Shown here in pieces: positions 11,701 through 22,826 of a stretch of 64,000 nucleotides of DNA. The DNA is taken from contig OZ076409.1 in NCBI GenBank assembly GCA_964187785.1, positions 32,302,001 through 32,366,000 of the forward strand, written 5' to 3'. Origin of the DNA: Amphiscolops sp. MND2022. Lineage: Eukaryota. The notes under the pieces are model-generated. The model was not told the DNA's origin, searched no databases, and saw only the letters and a program-made list of their open reading frames with translations. Position numbers and translations under genes: made by a program. Within the stretch, counting starts at the first letter, position 1. Each line of letters starts with the position of its first letter.

Positions 11701-12379
11701 AATCGTGAACAAATCCTTGAAAAGCTACCAGAAGTAAGCGAAGGTTTCAATTTCATGTCACAGAAAGACTATGACGAACTTCCCACGTTCCCATACATCG
11801 ACAAGCGCGGTCACCTAATTCCAAATCATCCAGAACTTCCTCCGGAAGCCCGAGCCCGACTACCTCGACTGTACATTCTTCAGAAGAAGCAAAGGAACAA
11901 AAGTCCTGAAGAATCAACAGGAAGCACTCCTTGGTATCCTGAGATCCAGTGGGAAACCACACCGACTTTTGAGGAAGACGAACGACCGAACCGAATTTTG
12001 AGCATCACCACAAGAGTGCCCCCGGTACGAATAGACACAACCGAGCCAGACCCGACTCTAGGGGCACTTCCCGCCGAATGTCAGAAACAAGCTGATGTTC
12101 TAAGAACCATTGAAACGGAATTACACGAACACCACTTAACCAATTACGGTCTACGAGACCTACGCATGGCCCAAAGCAGAGACGTACACCTCTTGGCACT
12201 GAAGAAGCTCTTGAAGAACGAACCCCTAGAAGACTCAAGGTTCCCTGATGAAGTGCGTGACTTCGCCAAAAGGTACTATAACCAAAAGAAATCTACTCTT
12301 CTTAAATCCTGACGACATACTTTGCGTCAACTACGTCCCTCAACAACGTGCTTTGCACGTACGTCCGTGCATGATCGTC

Positions 12380-13430
12380 ATGCCACAACTCTTCCAACAC
12401 GAAATCCTGTACCGAGCGCACGATGAGTCAGGACATCAAGGCGTAGGAAAAGTGCTAGCAAGGATACAAGAACGACATACTTGGCCGGGAATCAAAAGAG
12501 ACGTAGTGAATCACATCAAACAATGTTTGACCTGCCAGCAAGCAAAACACCCAGCAGGAAATCCTTGCTACCCCCTGCAGGGCATAAACAGTAGCAACTT
12601 CAATGATCTGGTTCAATTTGAACACTTGAAACTCTGCAAAACTGATTCAGGCAACACCGGCCTCTTAGTAATAATAGATCACTTTACCAAATTCGCAGAA
12701 GCTGTCCCATGCGCCCACGACGAATATGACGCGCAAACCACAGCAAGAATCATCCTGAACAAATGGTTTGCCAGACATGGCACTCCTGCAAGAATGCAAT
12801 CCGACAACGCAACAAACTTTACAGCTGAATTAGCCCGAGAACTCATGAACGCTTCCCAAGTTACTAAAGTTACTTCAACACCGTCACACCCCAGAGGTAG
12901 TGGACTCGTAGAGCGACAGAACAGAACACTACTCACCTTACTTCGAGTCTACACGTCGCGCAGGATGCAGGACTGGGACGAACATATCGACGGAGTCCTT
13001 GGCGCATACAACTCTACTCGACACGCCACCACGGGATTTTCACCATACATGCTCCAACATGGCGCAGAAAAATCCATCCCATTATCGTTCATATACCCAT
13101 AATTCGCAGCACGAGGCTTTGACTCCAAAGAAGAATTTGTAGAACACTTATTGGCCAGACAACAAGAAATCCATGAATTAGTCCGACGAAACACACATCA
13201 AGCTCAGCTTCGACAAAAGCTAAAATTCGACCGCCACCTGAAATCAAAAGCGCACGCCGTCGGCGACGCTGTCTGGGTGTTCTGTCACATAATACCCAAA
13301 GGTAGCACTCGCAAGCTCATACGGGCGTGGCGCGGACCCCACAAAGTTACGGACGTACTACAAGACGGACTCCTCTATGTACTAGACACGGGTCAAAAAG
13401 TTCACTATGAGAGACTAAAGAAACACGTAA
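12380..13430 (+). pseudogene. Integrase (HHCC, DDE, GPY/F)
   Basis: HDESGH...CLTC zinc motif, IIDHFTK, QSDNATNF, GLVERQNRTL and WRGPHKV. The first catalytic D reads E (VQFEH). Confidence 0.95.
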
Positions 13431-13567
13431 CAGCCCACTGGGACTGGACTACTCACCAACCTTTCGGACCGGATCAAAACATAGCCATCATAGCTGATCC
13501 ATACGTGGAAGAAAGCAACGAAAAACTTGCCTCGGATATCTCCAGAGACTCCTTCCTACCAGAATAA

Positions 13568-15248
13568 CTCCCAGAAGCATCGTTCGAATTGGAACCCACA
13601 AGGCCGACTCCCCCTCGTATCATCCAAACGCGTACTCAAACTGCCCTAGAGCAAGGAATCCCACGCAGGAGATTCAGCCAATTCGGATACCCATCCAAAT
13701 CAGAATCAGAAGCGGAAGCAGCTGCACCGCCACCCATGAACTCTCCCTGCCAGGTAGTATTTCCCGAACTCGATGACTTGGAACCGTTATTCTCCAATCA
13801 GGAGGAAATACAACCACCAACACTCGTCGAAAGCTTGATACCATCCCCCTCTGGGACCTCAGCTCCACTGCTGTCTAACCCTTCGCTCACAAACACCTTG
13901 AGCAGTTTCCCTCTATTCTACCCACAAACAAGTGACCCCAATCAATCTGCTCCCCCAGCTCCAACGGCTGACCCACAAGAACTCGATGTCGACCTTGACA
14001 ACCAGATCGCAAATCAAAATCCACCACCTAGAACCTCCAACAGGAGAGGTCGACCAAGGCGTAGGCCTCCTAGTCGCCGGAACCAGCTACCCACATCTTC
14101 AAGCGGAACCACTACGTCCTCTAGAAGACCAATCACACGACTTAGAAGAGGCCCAAGGACTAGATTTTCCACTAGAGCCCCGCCCAGAATACATGACAGA
14201 GCAATGACTCTCCCGGAAATTCCTGAGAGCCAATCCCTACCCAACCGAACACACTGGATGATGCTTCCAGGCGAGCGCCACGCTATCAACTCCGAGCTAA
14301 CAGAGCGCCCAGATATAGATGCGGAACCTGTGGTTCCCGTAACTGTAGTTGCATCCAACTAGTTACTGCGGAACTCCCGAATATACAATTGACCCGGGGA
14401 GAAGCAATTCCGGCTCGCTAACTCACGCTAGCACGAGCGCACAACCACCCTCAACACGAAATCTTAACTGTACGAGCGGAACAACAGAAACACAAAACCC
14501 AACCAACCATCCGACATATAATTCTGACCATCAAGAAGACTTATGCCAGCACTGAATCTGGACTTGTACCACCTCTAGAAACCACGCTGAAAGAAATGCA
14601 CAAGTTCTCTCCTTCTAATTGTCCAACATATCGCTTCAAGGAATGGACAAGCCATGAAAAAGGTGGACTTGAATTCACATTGGCAGCAACCATTCCCCCT
14701 CTACCACCCTCATTCTGGTTCGGTGAACTAGATAACACATGCAGCAACCCCCTGATGATTCGCTGCATTACTGCAAACCAGCTATGGAACAAATACCACA
14801 TCGCTTCCCCTCCGGGTGACGTATATCAACCATCCGCAGGATGGTGGCTCCTGGTCACCTCCCTCGATGATTCCTCAATGGTCTCACCTACTACGTTGTT
14901 ACTATGCCTAGAGAACTTACGCACTCTCGTGGAGACAAACGACACCCTATGTTCTCATCTAGCCGACATATATCGCAGAAAATCATATTCTGCCGACAAA
15001 CGAAAATTTGCATACTCGACCGATTAACATACACTCCCCCCGACACGCCCATGTCCACCCTAGAAGCACTCTCCATCATGCACAGTTGGCCGTGCATGCA
15101 CATGGGCAACCGTCCTTTGCATCGCACTATATGGGAGGATCGCAGAGCGACTTTTGGACACTTGACATCGAAACCCTTAGATAATCATGAAGAGGACACT
15201 GGGAAATGGCTCATATCGCAACCAACAATTCGCCCAAACCATGTGCCA
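13568..15248 (+). pseudogene. Pro/Ser/Arg-rich tail and unknown domain continuing Pol after integrase
   Basis: ORF 13589-14362 is in frame with integrase across single stops and is followed by ORFs 14596-15027 and 14904-15470. Confidence 0.6.
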
Positions 15249-15699
15249 TGGATTACTTACTCTGATAGGGACATTCTACAAGCCTCCGGCACATTAGTGT
15301 TGTGTTGTCCCGCCGACCTACAACCCCAATCGGCAACTTTTCGATACATCGTTCGCGAATATGGACAGAAAGCCATATTCCGCTTAAAACCTTCAGTTGG
15401 CACTGCCATTTGCTTGAAACACTACCACATTGCACCTTGGAACAATCAAATCTTCCAGAGCCTCCAATAAACACCCACTCCTGCACGAAACTCTACACAC
15501 ATGCCTCACTCACCTCCAACACCAGCTTCATCAAAACGAAATCTCCCAAATCCACATACCCATCTATGACCCCGAACGATCGATCAACCTCATACCAACT
15601 TGGTACACCACGCTCCGAGATCACTTTTTTCGGGTCAAACCTGGAAATAATACTCCACGACAGAGTCTACGTTTCGATCGCATCATTTTCTTCTATTGA
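15249..15699 (+). pseudogene. Macrodomain, TARG1/OARD1 (Poa1p)-like, frameshifted near 15460
   Basis: ITYSDRDILQASGTLVLCCPADL...REYGQKAIFRLKPSVGTAICL...NQIF / RASNKHPLLHETLHTCLTHLQHQLHQNEISQIHIP parallels OARD1 (ITYVKGDLF..SLAHCISED...KKFGG...GEVAVL...IYYLITK..SHKPTYENLQKSL..M...LSMP), recalled from memory. Confidence 0.68.
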
Positions 15700-16069
15700 T
15701 ATCAATGCTAATTGAGTTATCTTGAACGCAGGCCAGCGGCCCGCCCTCCTTGTTTCTCCTGTCTACTTCCCCACTTACCCTTTTTATTCTCCCAATACGC
15801 GCGAGTTGATCCATAAACTTTTAATGACAGCGTTCTATACAACTGCAATCTTTCTTGACAGCCACTCCTTTCTTTTTTAACTTTCATACCTTTAAGTTCC
15901 TTTCTGAATTCCCTTAGCGTATTTCATACACCTTCTTTATGTTCATGTATAACTTGTTTTTCAGTTTTGTTCTGTTGCTTCGCCCTTGCGCAGCTACCCC
16001 AGATTGCACCATCACTCATTTTCTCCTATATTATCATATTCCTCATCCGTGCTATCGAACTCACCTGCC

Positions 16070-16687
16070 ATGGACCCCTCATCACGTAACCGCATGCCTG
16101 CACCCAGCAATCAGCAATCTCCCCAACAACGTGCTACTTCTTCCAGCACTCTTCCGTCGGTGGGCGAGGTTAATGGTCGAATGGACCAGCTAGCCTTAGT
16201 CCAACAAGCTTTGCAAGATGGGGCCACCCCCAGCATGATCGCTGGCTTTGCCATGATCGTTGCTCAAATGCAAGCGCAAGCAGCGCACCCAGAGGTCCTA
16301 TTGACCATTACTAGCAGTATCGGGCCGCTTGAGCGTTCCGCTACTTTCCGTGATGGCATTTGGCATGGTTATGATCATAATTTATTCGATCACTGCTCCC
16401 ACATGCTTTACGGAGAACCTAATAGGCCTCCAATGGATCAAGAACGGTCATTCAGAACCTCTCCCCCTACGATTCAACCTTTATTCCAAGCACCGCAGCC
16501 TACACCAATACAAACTGTGATTCAACTCCCCCCTTCCGAAACCACAACTTTCAGCTGCACCCTACCCTTGGTACCACCTCCAATCCTAACACCACCTATG
16601 CCTCTGGCATCTGTGGGCGTCCGCTCGCTTACACAATCCACTTCAAGCTTCATAATTCTTTCCATTTTTCAGGGGGGAGAGGTGTAA
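16070..16687 (+). CDS. Pro/Gln/Ser-rich ORF of unknown function (possibly the N-terminus of ORF3)
   Basis: Open frame 15986-16687 with ATG at 16070 (MDPSSR...). Confidence 0.4.
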   Translation: MDPSSRNRMPAPSNQQSPQQRATSSSTLPSVGEVNGRMDQLALVQQALQDGATPSMIAGFAMIVAQMQAQAAHPEVLLTITSSIGPLERSATFRDGIWHGYDHNLFDHCSHMLYGEPNRPPMDQERSFRTSPPTIQPLFQAPQPTPIQTVIQLPPSETTTFSCTLPLVPPPILTPPMPLASVGVRSLTQSTSSFIILSIFQGGEV

Positions 16688-16767
16688 GTGAGCCCTACTG
16701 AATCCAACCAAACAACAACGCAAGAGCAAGCCAAAGAACAGTCTCTTTTCAAAATTCCCATGAAGAA

Positions 16768-19700
16768 TTGACACCCTCCACATCTAACACCAAACCCTCC
16801 CGAAATGAACCCAGCAAGCTGATAGGCTTCCAAAAGGACCCTAAACTACAAGAGCGCCAAAGAGAAGAGCAGCGGGAAGAAAGAAAAAGCAACAACGCTC
16901 CCATAGACCTTCGCGATAAATTAAACGCAGCGAAAAGAGCTAGAGAACAAGACGAGCAAACTAGCTCAAGATCAAACAGGGGAGTACCAGCCCCATCCCC
17001 CAGCCAACCGGAAGCCAGAAGACAAAAAGTAGCCAGAGAGCTGCTCACTGCAACTGAAATAAAACAACTAGACATAGCGGCGAGAGACGCAGTGCGTCTC
17101 CAACGCGAAGTACCGAGTATACCCGATGAAGAAAATCCCCCAAAACAAAAGTTTGCGAGCGCTAACAGCAAAGGGGACTATAGAGAGGGCCAAAATTGGA
17201 GAAGTCTACACCAGGCCAGTCAAGCCACCGGTATTCACTAATGATGGAGGAGTCCCACCATGGTTCGAACGTCTCAGGAGGGGTTTGCGGAACAGTAACT
17301 CTACGTACCTCCAACCATCACAACCATTGACTGAGCAACTCACTCGTCAGAGACCTGGGAGATTTGGGGAGAATCACTTACAATCGAAGAACTACGCGAG
17401 GGACCCCATCACCCTGCTGCCAATGGGAAAATTTATTGCAAAAGACAAAAATCGCTCTCTTTGTTGACTCGACCATCAAATCTTCATACAACTCAAATAA
17501 TACTCTGGTGGATGTTAGATGATGAATATGCCCTGCACCACGCTCAGCGAGATGACGGAGGTGACCGACAAATTATTCACGCCAGCGGCGGCAGAAACCA
17601 TACCTCTTCCACCAATCCTAGTGTATTCAAATGTGATCGACCACCTCGCCCTGCGAGGATCATTGCGATATTTCGACATGCAAAGCACTCGATACACAGA
17701 AGGATTCATCACAGACGAAGTTGTGGCATACGTGGAAACGATGTCTAACATTGCCACAACGATGAAGAACAAGACGCCAAATACGGGAACCGTGTTTGTC
17801 TCACCCCCTGGGTATATGCATCTCCCAAAAGCATTGCAACAATTTTTGTATTTGGTGCTAAATCCAGCCTTCTTAGCAGAAGTATCTAAAGCTGTTCAAG
17901 GGTTTACAGGAAACCGAGGGAATTCGCAACTCTTGGTAGACGAGGCGACGGCATACGACTATGAGATGCAAATGTCGATCAGGTCTTTAGACGAGAATGG
18001 GATACGCAAGGTAAATGACCCCAATGAGAACGAGCGGAAGCACCTGGTGGATAACCTCTGGTACGAACGAAGAGACGAATCCACCCTCGATGATAAAACC
18101 CACGATCCGAAATTTCATAAAGAGCTGCTAGCCCTTTTCAAAGAAACAGAGATGATCAAGGCAGAGCGAACCAACACTACTGTATTCCCCATAGCAGCGA
18201 TAGCAATAGACGCTAAGCTCGAGATGGCATCACTCTCCTTGACGCTCCTAGTAGTGATGACACGAGACCTGGCAAAACAAAATGAAATAGAACCCGGGCA
18301 CACATATCAAACCTGGCACCAAGCCTTGCGTGAAACCCTAAATCAAGTCGCCCTGATTCCATTCCATTCCCTGTACTCTTGTACAACATTTCCCCATTCT
18401 GGCTCCCTAGTTTCGTCCAGGCCGAATTCAATCTCGACGACCAGCAAGTGCGCCTATACGTGGAACCGATGCAGAAAGCCACCATAAGTGAAATTTTGGC
18501 GTATCTAATGGCTTGATGCTTGTCGGCATGAACGCAGTCTATAAAGGACCCTCAGGTGTTCTCCAGAAACTAATCTTTGACAAAGGAAACTTGTCGTTTT
18601 TCAGTTACCTGGTGTATGCTCAGAATCAGAAAAGTTCGCTGCAAGCGATTTTATGCGCCTTGGGCCCAGCGGGTCCCCTACAACTGAAGAAACAACTAGA
18701 ACTCAATATCGAAGCTATCCTCACCTGGATCTACTCAACCTGGGTCAACGTTGCGGGTATATCGCATCCTCTGGATGAAAACCCTGCTATCAACAGAGAA
18801 CCCAATCAACTTCCTGGCTTCTTCTTTCCCTCACAAAATGCCACTCTCATGTTGGTGGAGACGGAAGACCTAATGCCTCTAATCTCTCCCATATTCTGGC
18901 CGATCTTCGGTGCAGTCATGGCACTCAGATATCCAACACAAGTCCTACGTATGGCGGCAAACTCCCCCACCTTGTCCATATTACACTTCGTAACGACAGA
19001 TGGACTCCAGCCGGATCCCACCTACCACAGAGTGGTAGCCAGCTTTACATCTCTGCGACCGCCCATGGCCTACACGACTATTAAAGACAAGAAGCAAGTT
19101 GAGCACAACTTACCTCCATCATAAAGGCACGTGCGCGATCCGCCCTCCCAATGCCAATGGAGTTCCATCCAATTGCATGGCTACATAACCCTCTGAACCT
19201 CAGTACTGGCGCGGAGGACTCCTTTACGGATTGGAATGCCGAAGTAATTTTGAGGGTTATAGCTACCACAGTTCGGAGACTGGGCGGCAGAAAGCGAGGA
19301 GAAGAACCCAGCGAATTACGATACCCTTATGTATGCGACACATCACGAATGTATAGTGACCGAACTAGTCCCCGCGCACACTCAGCTCGCATACTAGACA
19401 TGACAACATGCTGGTCAAAACCAGACATAGTGGATCTCGCAATACACCAGATGTCGTTGCGCATGAAAGCCAAGACGCCCTCGGTGGCCAAAGAACCGAA
19501 CAGAAAAGCTTTGCCAATCAGTACAATCGTCCCCAAAAATTCGCGCGCTGCGCTGGAAATATTCTTAAATCTACACAGCAGACAGAAGGAACGAGGAGAC
19601 TCTGTTGGCGAAGACTATGCTCGTGGAATCCAAATCTTCGAAAGTTTGTTTATGCAGTATGGTCATATAGAATTAGCCAACAACCTACCCGATTTCCCAC

Positions 19701-20084
19701 AGGAAACCACCACCCACCAAAACAGCGCAACAAATGCGGCTGCCCCTGGCAGCTCACAGCAGACAACATCCAAAGGTGTTACCCTCAGAAAGAGCTGAGA
19801 CTCAAATGGAGGAAGATCAGGAGAATCTACCCGTCGCCATAAAGCCCAACGATGAACCAATGACTGACGATAATTTCACGTTATCCGACGGAGCAACCCC
19901 TGTCCGAGATGAACCCGAGACGGGAATATCACAAATGGACGCTGATATAGAGTCAGAGCTGAATATTTTGCTCACCATTGACGACTCCATGCAGTATCCT
20001 CCCTTAGTGACGGAATCGTCTACTAACCAGGAGTCAGCAATAACATCATCCGTTTCGGACTCGCAACAGAGCCAGAATGTTTGA
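16768..20084 (+). pseudogene. Extra ORF3 in env position, fragmented, with an SGNH-hydrolase-like domain at ~17448-17880
   Basis: Six overlapping + strand ORFs tile the region. KIALFVDS / VRMMNMPCTT / PPILVYSNVIDHL / TVFVSPPGY map to SGNH blocks I-III and the following strand. Confidence 0.6.
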
Positions 20085-20632
20085 GTGAAAGAGCAGTAAC
20101 CAATGCTGACCCGTCCACCAAATGAAAGCCAAACTCACTCTCAAACGAATTCAACTTTATCTTAATGGTTATAGACCATTTCATTTTAGTTGGTGATACG
20201 TACACTGAGTTCCTAAGCAATACTTGTTATGTGCTTAAAATTTTAGTTAAACTACACTATGTGGGTGGGCCCTGAGCCAGTGCCCACCCTCTCCAATTTG
20301 GTAATTAACTACTACTACTACTAAGACCTGAATGTTGTTACTTGAGAAGTGCAAGGATACTTCCTAGAAAAGAGATTTTAACTTAAACCAGTGAAAACTG
20401 CAAGAAATTTTTAAAAATGCCTGTCGTGATTCTAGTTTTGTCGAACATTTTGAGTTATCGTAAAACTGACAAGTACTGATACACCAGAAAGTGACGGGAA
20501 ATTTGGAGGTTGACAGGAAACAAGTAAGAAAAAAGCGAAACCTTTCTTAGGTAATCAACAGACTCTCAGCATTGCTGTTACCCTCTGGGTATGAGCATCC
20601 TCTCGTTTGCCGAGGACAACAAACTACGGCCC

Positions 20633-20640
20633 GGGGAGGA
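20633..20640 (+). promoter_or_regulatory. Polypurine tract
   Basis: GGGGAGGA immediately before the 3' LTR. Confidence 0.8.
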
Positions 20641-21358
20641 TGTAACGTCAGCCACTGGCATGACAAAATTTCGATGAAAATTTCGAAATGTGCGATATCG
20701 AAATAGAAGAATCAAAATGGCCGTTCTAGCAGGTACGAAAAGAATGAACAAAAAGAGAGACCACCCGGAAAGCAAGCAAGAAACAGAGCACGTGTGAAAA
20801 AGTTGCAGAAAAAGATGAAGAATTGCCAGAAGATGAAGAAACATCAGCAGAAAGATTATCGGAGTGTTGTGCCATCTCCTTGGGAAATCGACAACATCTG
20901 CAGAGCATTGCCAGAGGCAAAATATGGATGATGGATTGAAAACTGTAACGTAACTGGGGCCTATCCCCGTTTTTCTTTAATATTCCCCCTTTTTCCTTGG
21001 AGTATTTGGATGATGTATGACCTTCTAGGTCTTTTAAGATCTTATTCACCAAATACGATGTTTTCCAGCTAAACACTGTTTTGACCTCGGAAGTATGTAG
21101 GAGCTCGTAGGAACGTACTAGAAACCTTAGGATACGTTTTTACAGGCTTGTGGGGCGTGTCCGGACTTTGAGAGTGCCGGCGCGTCGCTTCGGAGCTCTA
21201 ATTTGAGAAGCCTCCTTAGACGTCAGAAATGTCCCCCTAGGAGACCATTTTGGGATCAAAAACTAGTGTCTAGGCATGTAGTAAGACAACGGTCTCCTGT
21301 TTAAGCATCCTAGGCATTGTCCCTCTTCCTAGATGTGCGTCGCTAGCCGGTCGTTACA
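20641..21358 (+). repeat. 3' LTR (718 bp)
   Basis: TGTAACG...CGTTACA; homology with 4580-5298 ends here. Confidence 0.95.
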
Positions 21359-22826
21359 TCCATTCGCTAGCCAGTAAAATCGAAATTTGCCTTGACCCTC
21401 GAATTTTAAATATTTGGAAATTGTAGTGTAGTGACTGTCATGGCCTAACCAGTTTTTGGAATGTCATGTCAATTGATCCAAGAATGCATTATACGTTAAG
21501 TTGGACCCGAATAATTGTCCTGCTTAGGAAACTTGGGATTAACATTCTTTCTAAAACAATGTTCCTCCAAACTGATCGGGCACAGGTACTGCGAAGATTT
21601 TTATACAGCTCCTGGTATATTTAGTTTCAATCAAATGTTAATTTCACTCCGATAGTTTTTTCCGGGACTCTTGTATCCTGAGGAAGCATCTACGCATTGC
21701 AAACTTTGTGGATCTTTTCTGGGATGGGTGAAATTTTGAACGACCATATTTTGGTTTGTTATTTCACAAGAAGTGGTATTGTTGAAGGTTCACTCCCAGG
21801 GCTTGGAGAATTGACGATAAGTTTGATCCACTGTATGAGACGATTCCGCGGTGTCGTAACGTCAATATGCCTTTGTAATAGTGCAATTTTAGCATTTTTC
21901 AAAATCATCTGCCCGGGATCAAAACACCAACGAAAGATGAACTTATCATTCTTGGTTCACCGCTCGGCCCAAAATCGCAGGCAGACTTATTGGGAAAGAA
22001 AATTAATGAACTGGGAAAAGTTAATGGAATTGTTGAAAAACTGGAAGCTCATTATGGTTTTTCATGTTGGAAAATTGTTTCAGTCTACCAAAGTTCTACT
22101 TCTTGAGAACCAGTATATGTTTCGATTATCCAGCTCTCTTGGAAAAGTATGACAAAACCGTACCCGACGGGCTTTCCACAGTGTGTAACGTGAACTTCGA
22201 CGATATTTCGAGTACTCAGCTGGCTCTGCGCGCTGAAAGGGTGGTCTTGGAGTTTCATCCGCATGATTATTAGCACTTCCCACCTTTTTGGCCTCAGCTT
22301 TTGGTGCGGGACAGGAAAGTCCTCCCGATGGAACCTAGAAAAATTGGACCCAACTTGTCTCCGTCGAATTTGCCCAAGATTTGATTTCTAGAATGGATGA
22401 CAAACGTTCGAAAGTTTTTATTGCTCATCAAGGCAAATTCGGGTCTCAGTGGCTAAAAGTTGTTCCTTGCAAGAACCTAGGCCTAAAACTTGATGATCTG
22501 CAGCTTCGGATTACGATTGGTTTACGTCTCATATCCAACATCTGTTGTAAAAGAGTTGAACGGAACGGTTTACACGGTCTTTCTTGCACCAAGAGTGGTG
22601 GTCGCTTCTCACGTCATGCCACTCTCAATTCTCTCATAAAGCAGATGTTGGGATCTCTCGACTTGCCTTCAGTGCTCGAACCGCGTGGACTGTACCGAAC
22701 TGATGGCAAACGCTTGGACGGTGTTAGCATGATTCCTTGCGAAATAGGTAAACAGCTGATGTGGGATGTCACGGTTGAGGAAGCTCTTGCACCCAGCCGT
22801 CTGAATCAAGACTTTTTATGCAACCC

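Larger units (their letters stand above)
4580..21358 (+). mobile_element. Giant Ty3/Gypsy LTR retrotransposon, decayed (16.8 kb)
   Basis: Two LTRs, PBS, PPT and the Gypsy domain order Gag-PR-RT-RH-IN, with many stops and frameshifts. Confidence 0.96.

Noticed and set aside
9686-18485. Long minus-strand ORFs opposite pol and ORF3 (e.g. 9686-10201, 14014-14358, 16749-17171)
   Set aside because: They look like antisense shadows of real coding sequence and have no motifs.
16768-20084. ORF3 as a retroviral-type env
   Set aside because: No signal peptide, furin site followed by a fusion peptide, or C-terminal TM anchor is visible.
21361-21860. Inverted 5' piece of the CRE element (twin priming)
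   Set aside because: No translation on either strand showed CRE motifs; left unassigned.
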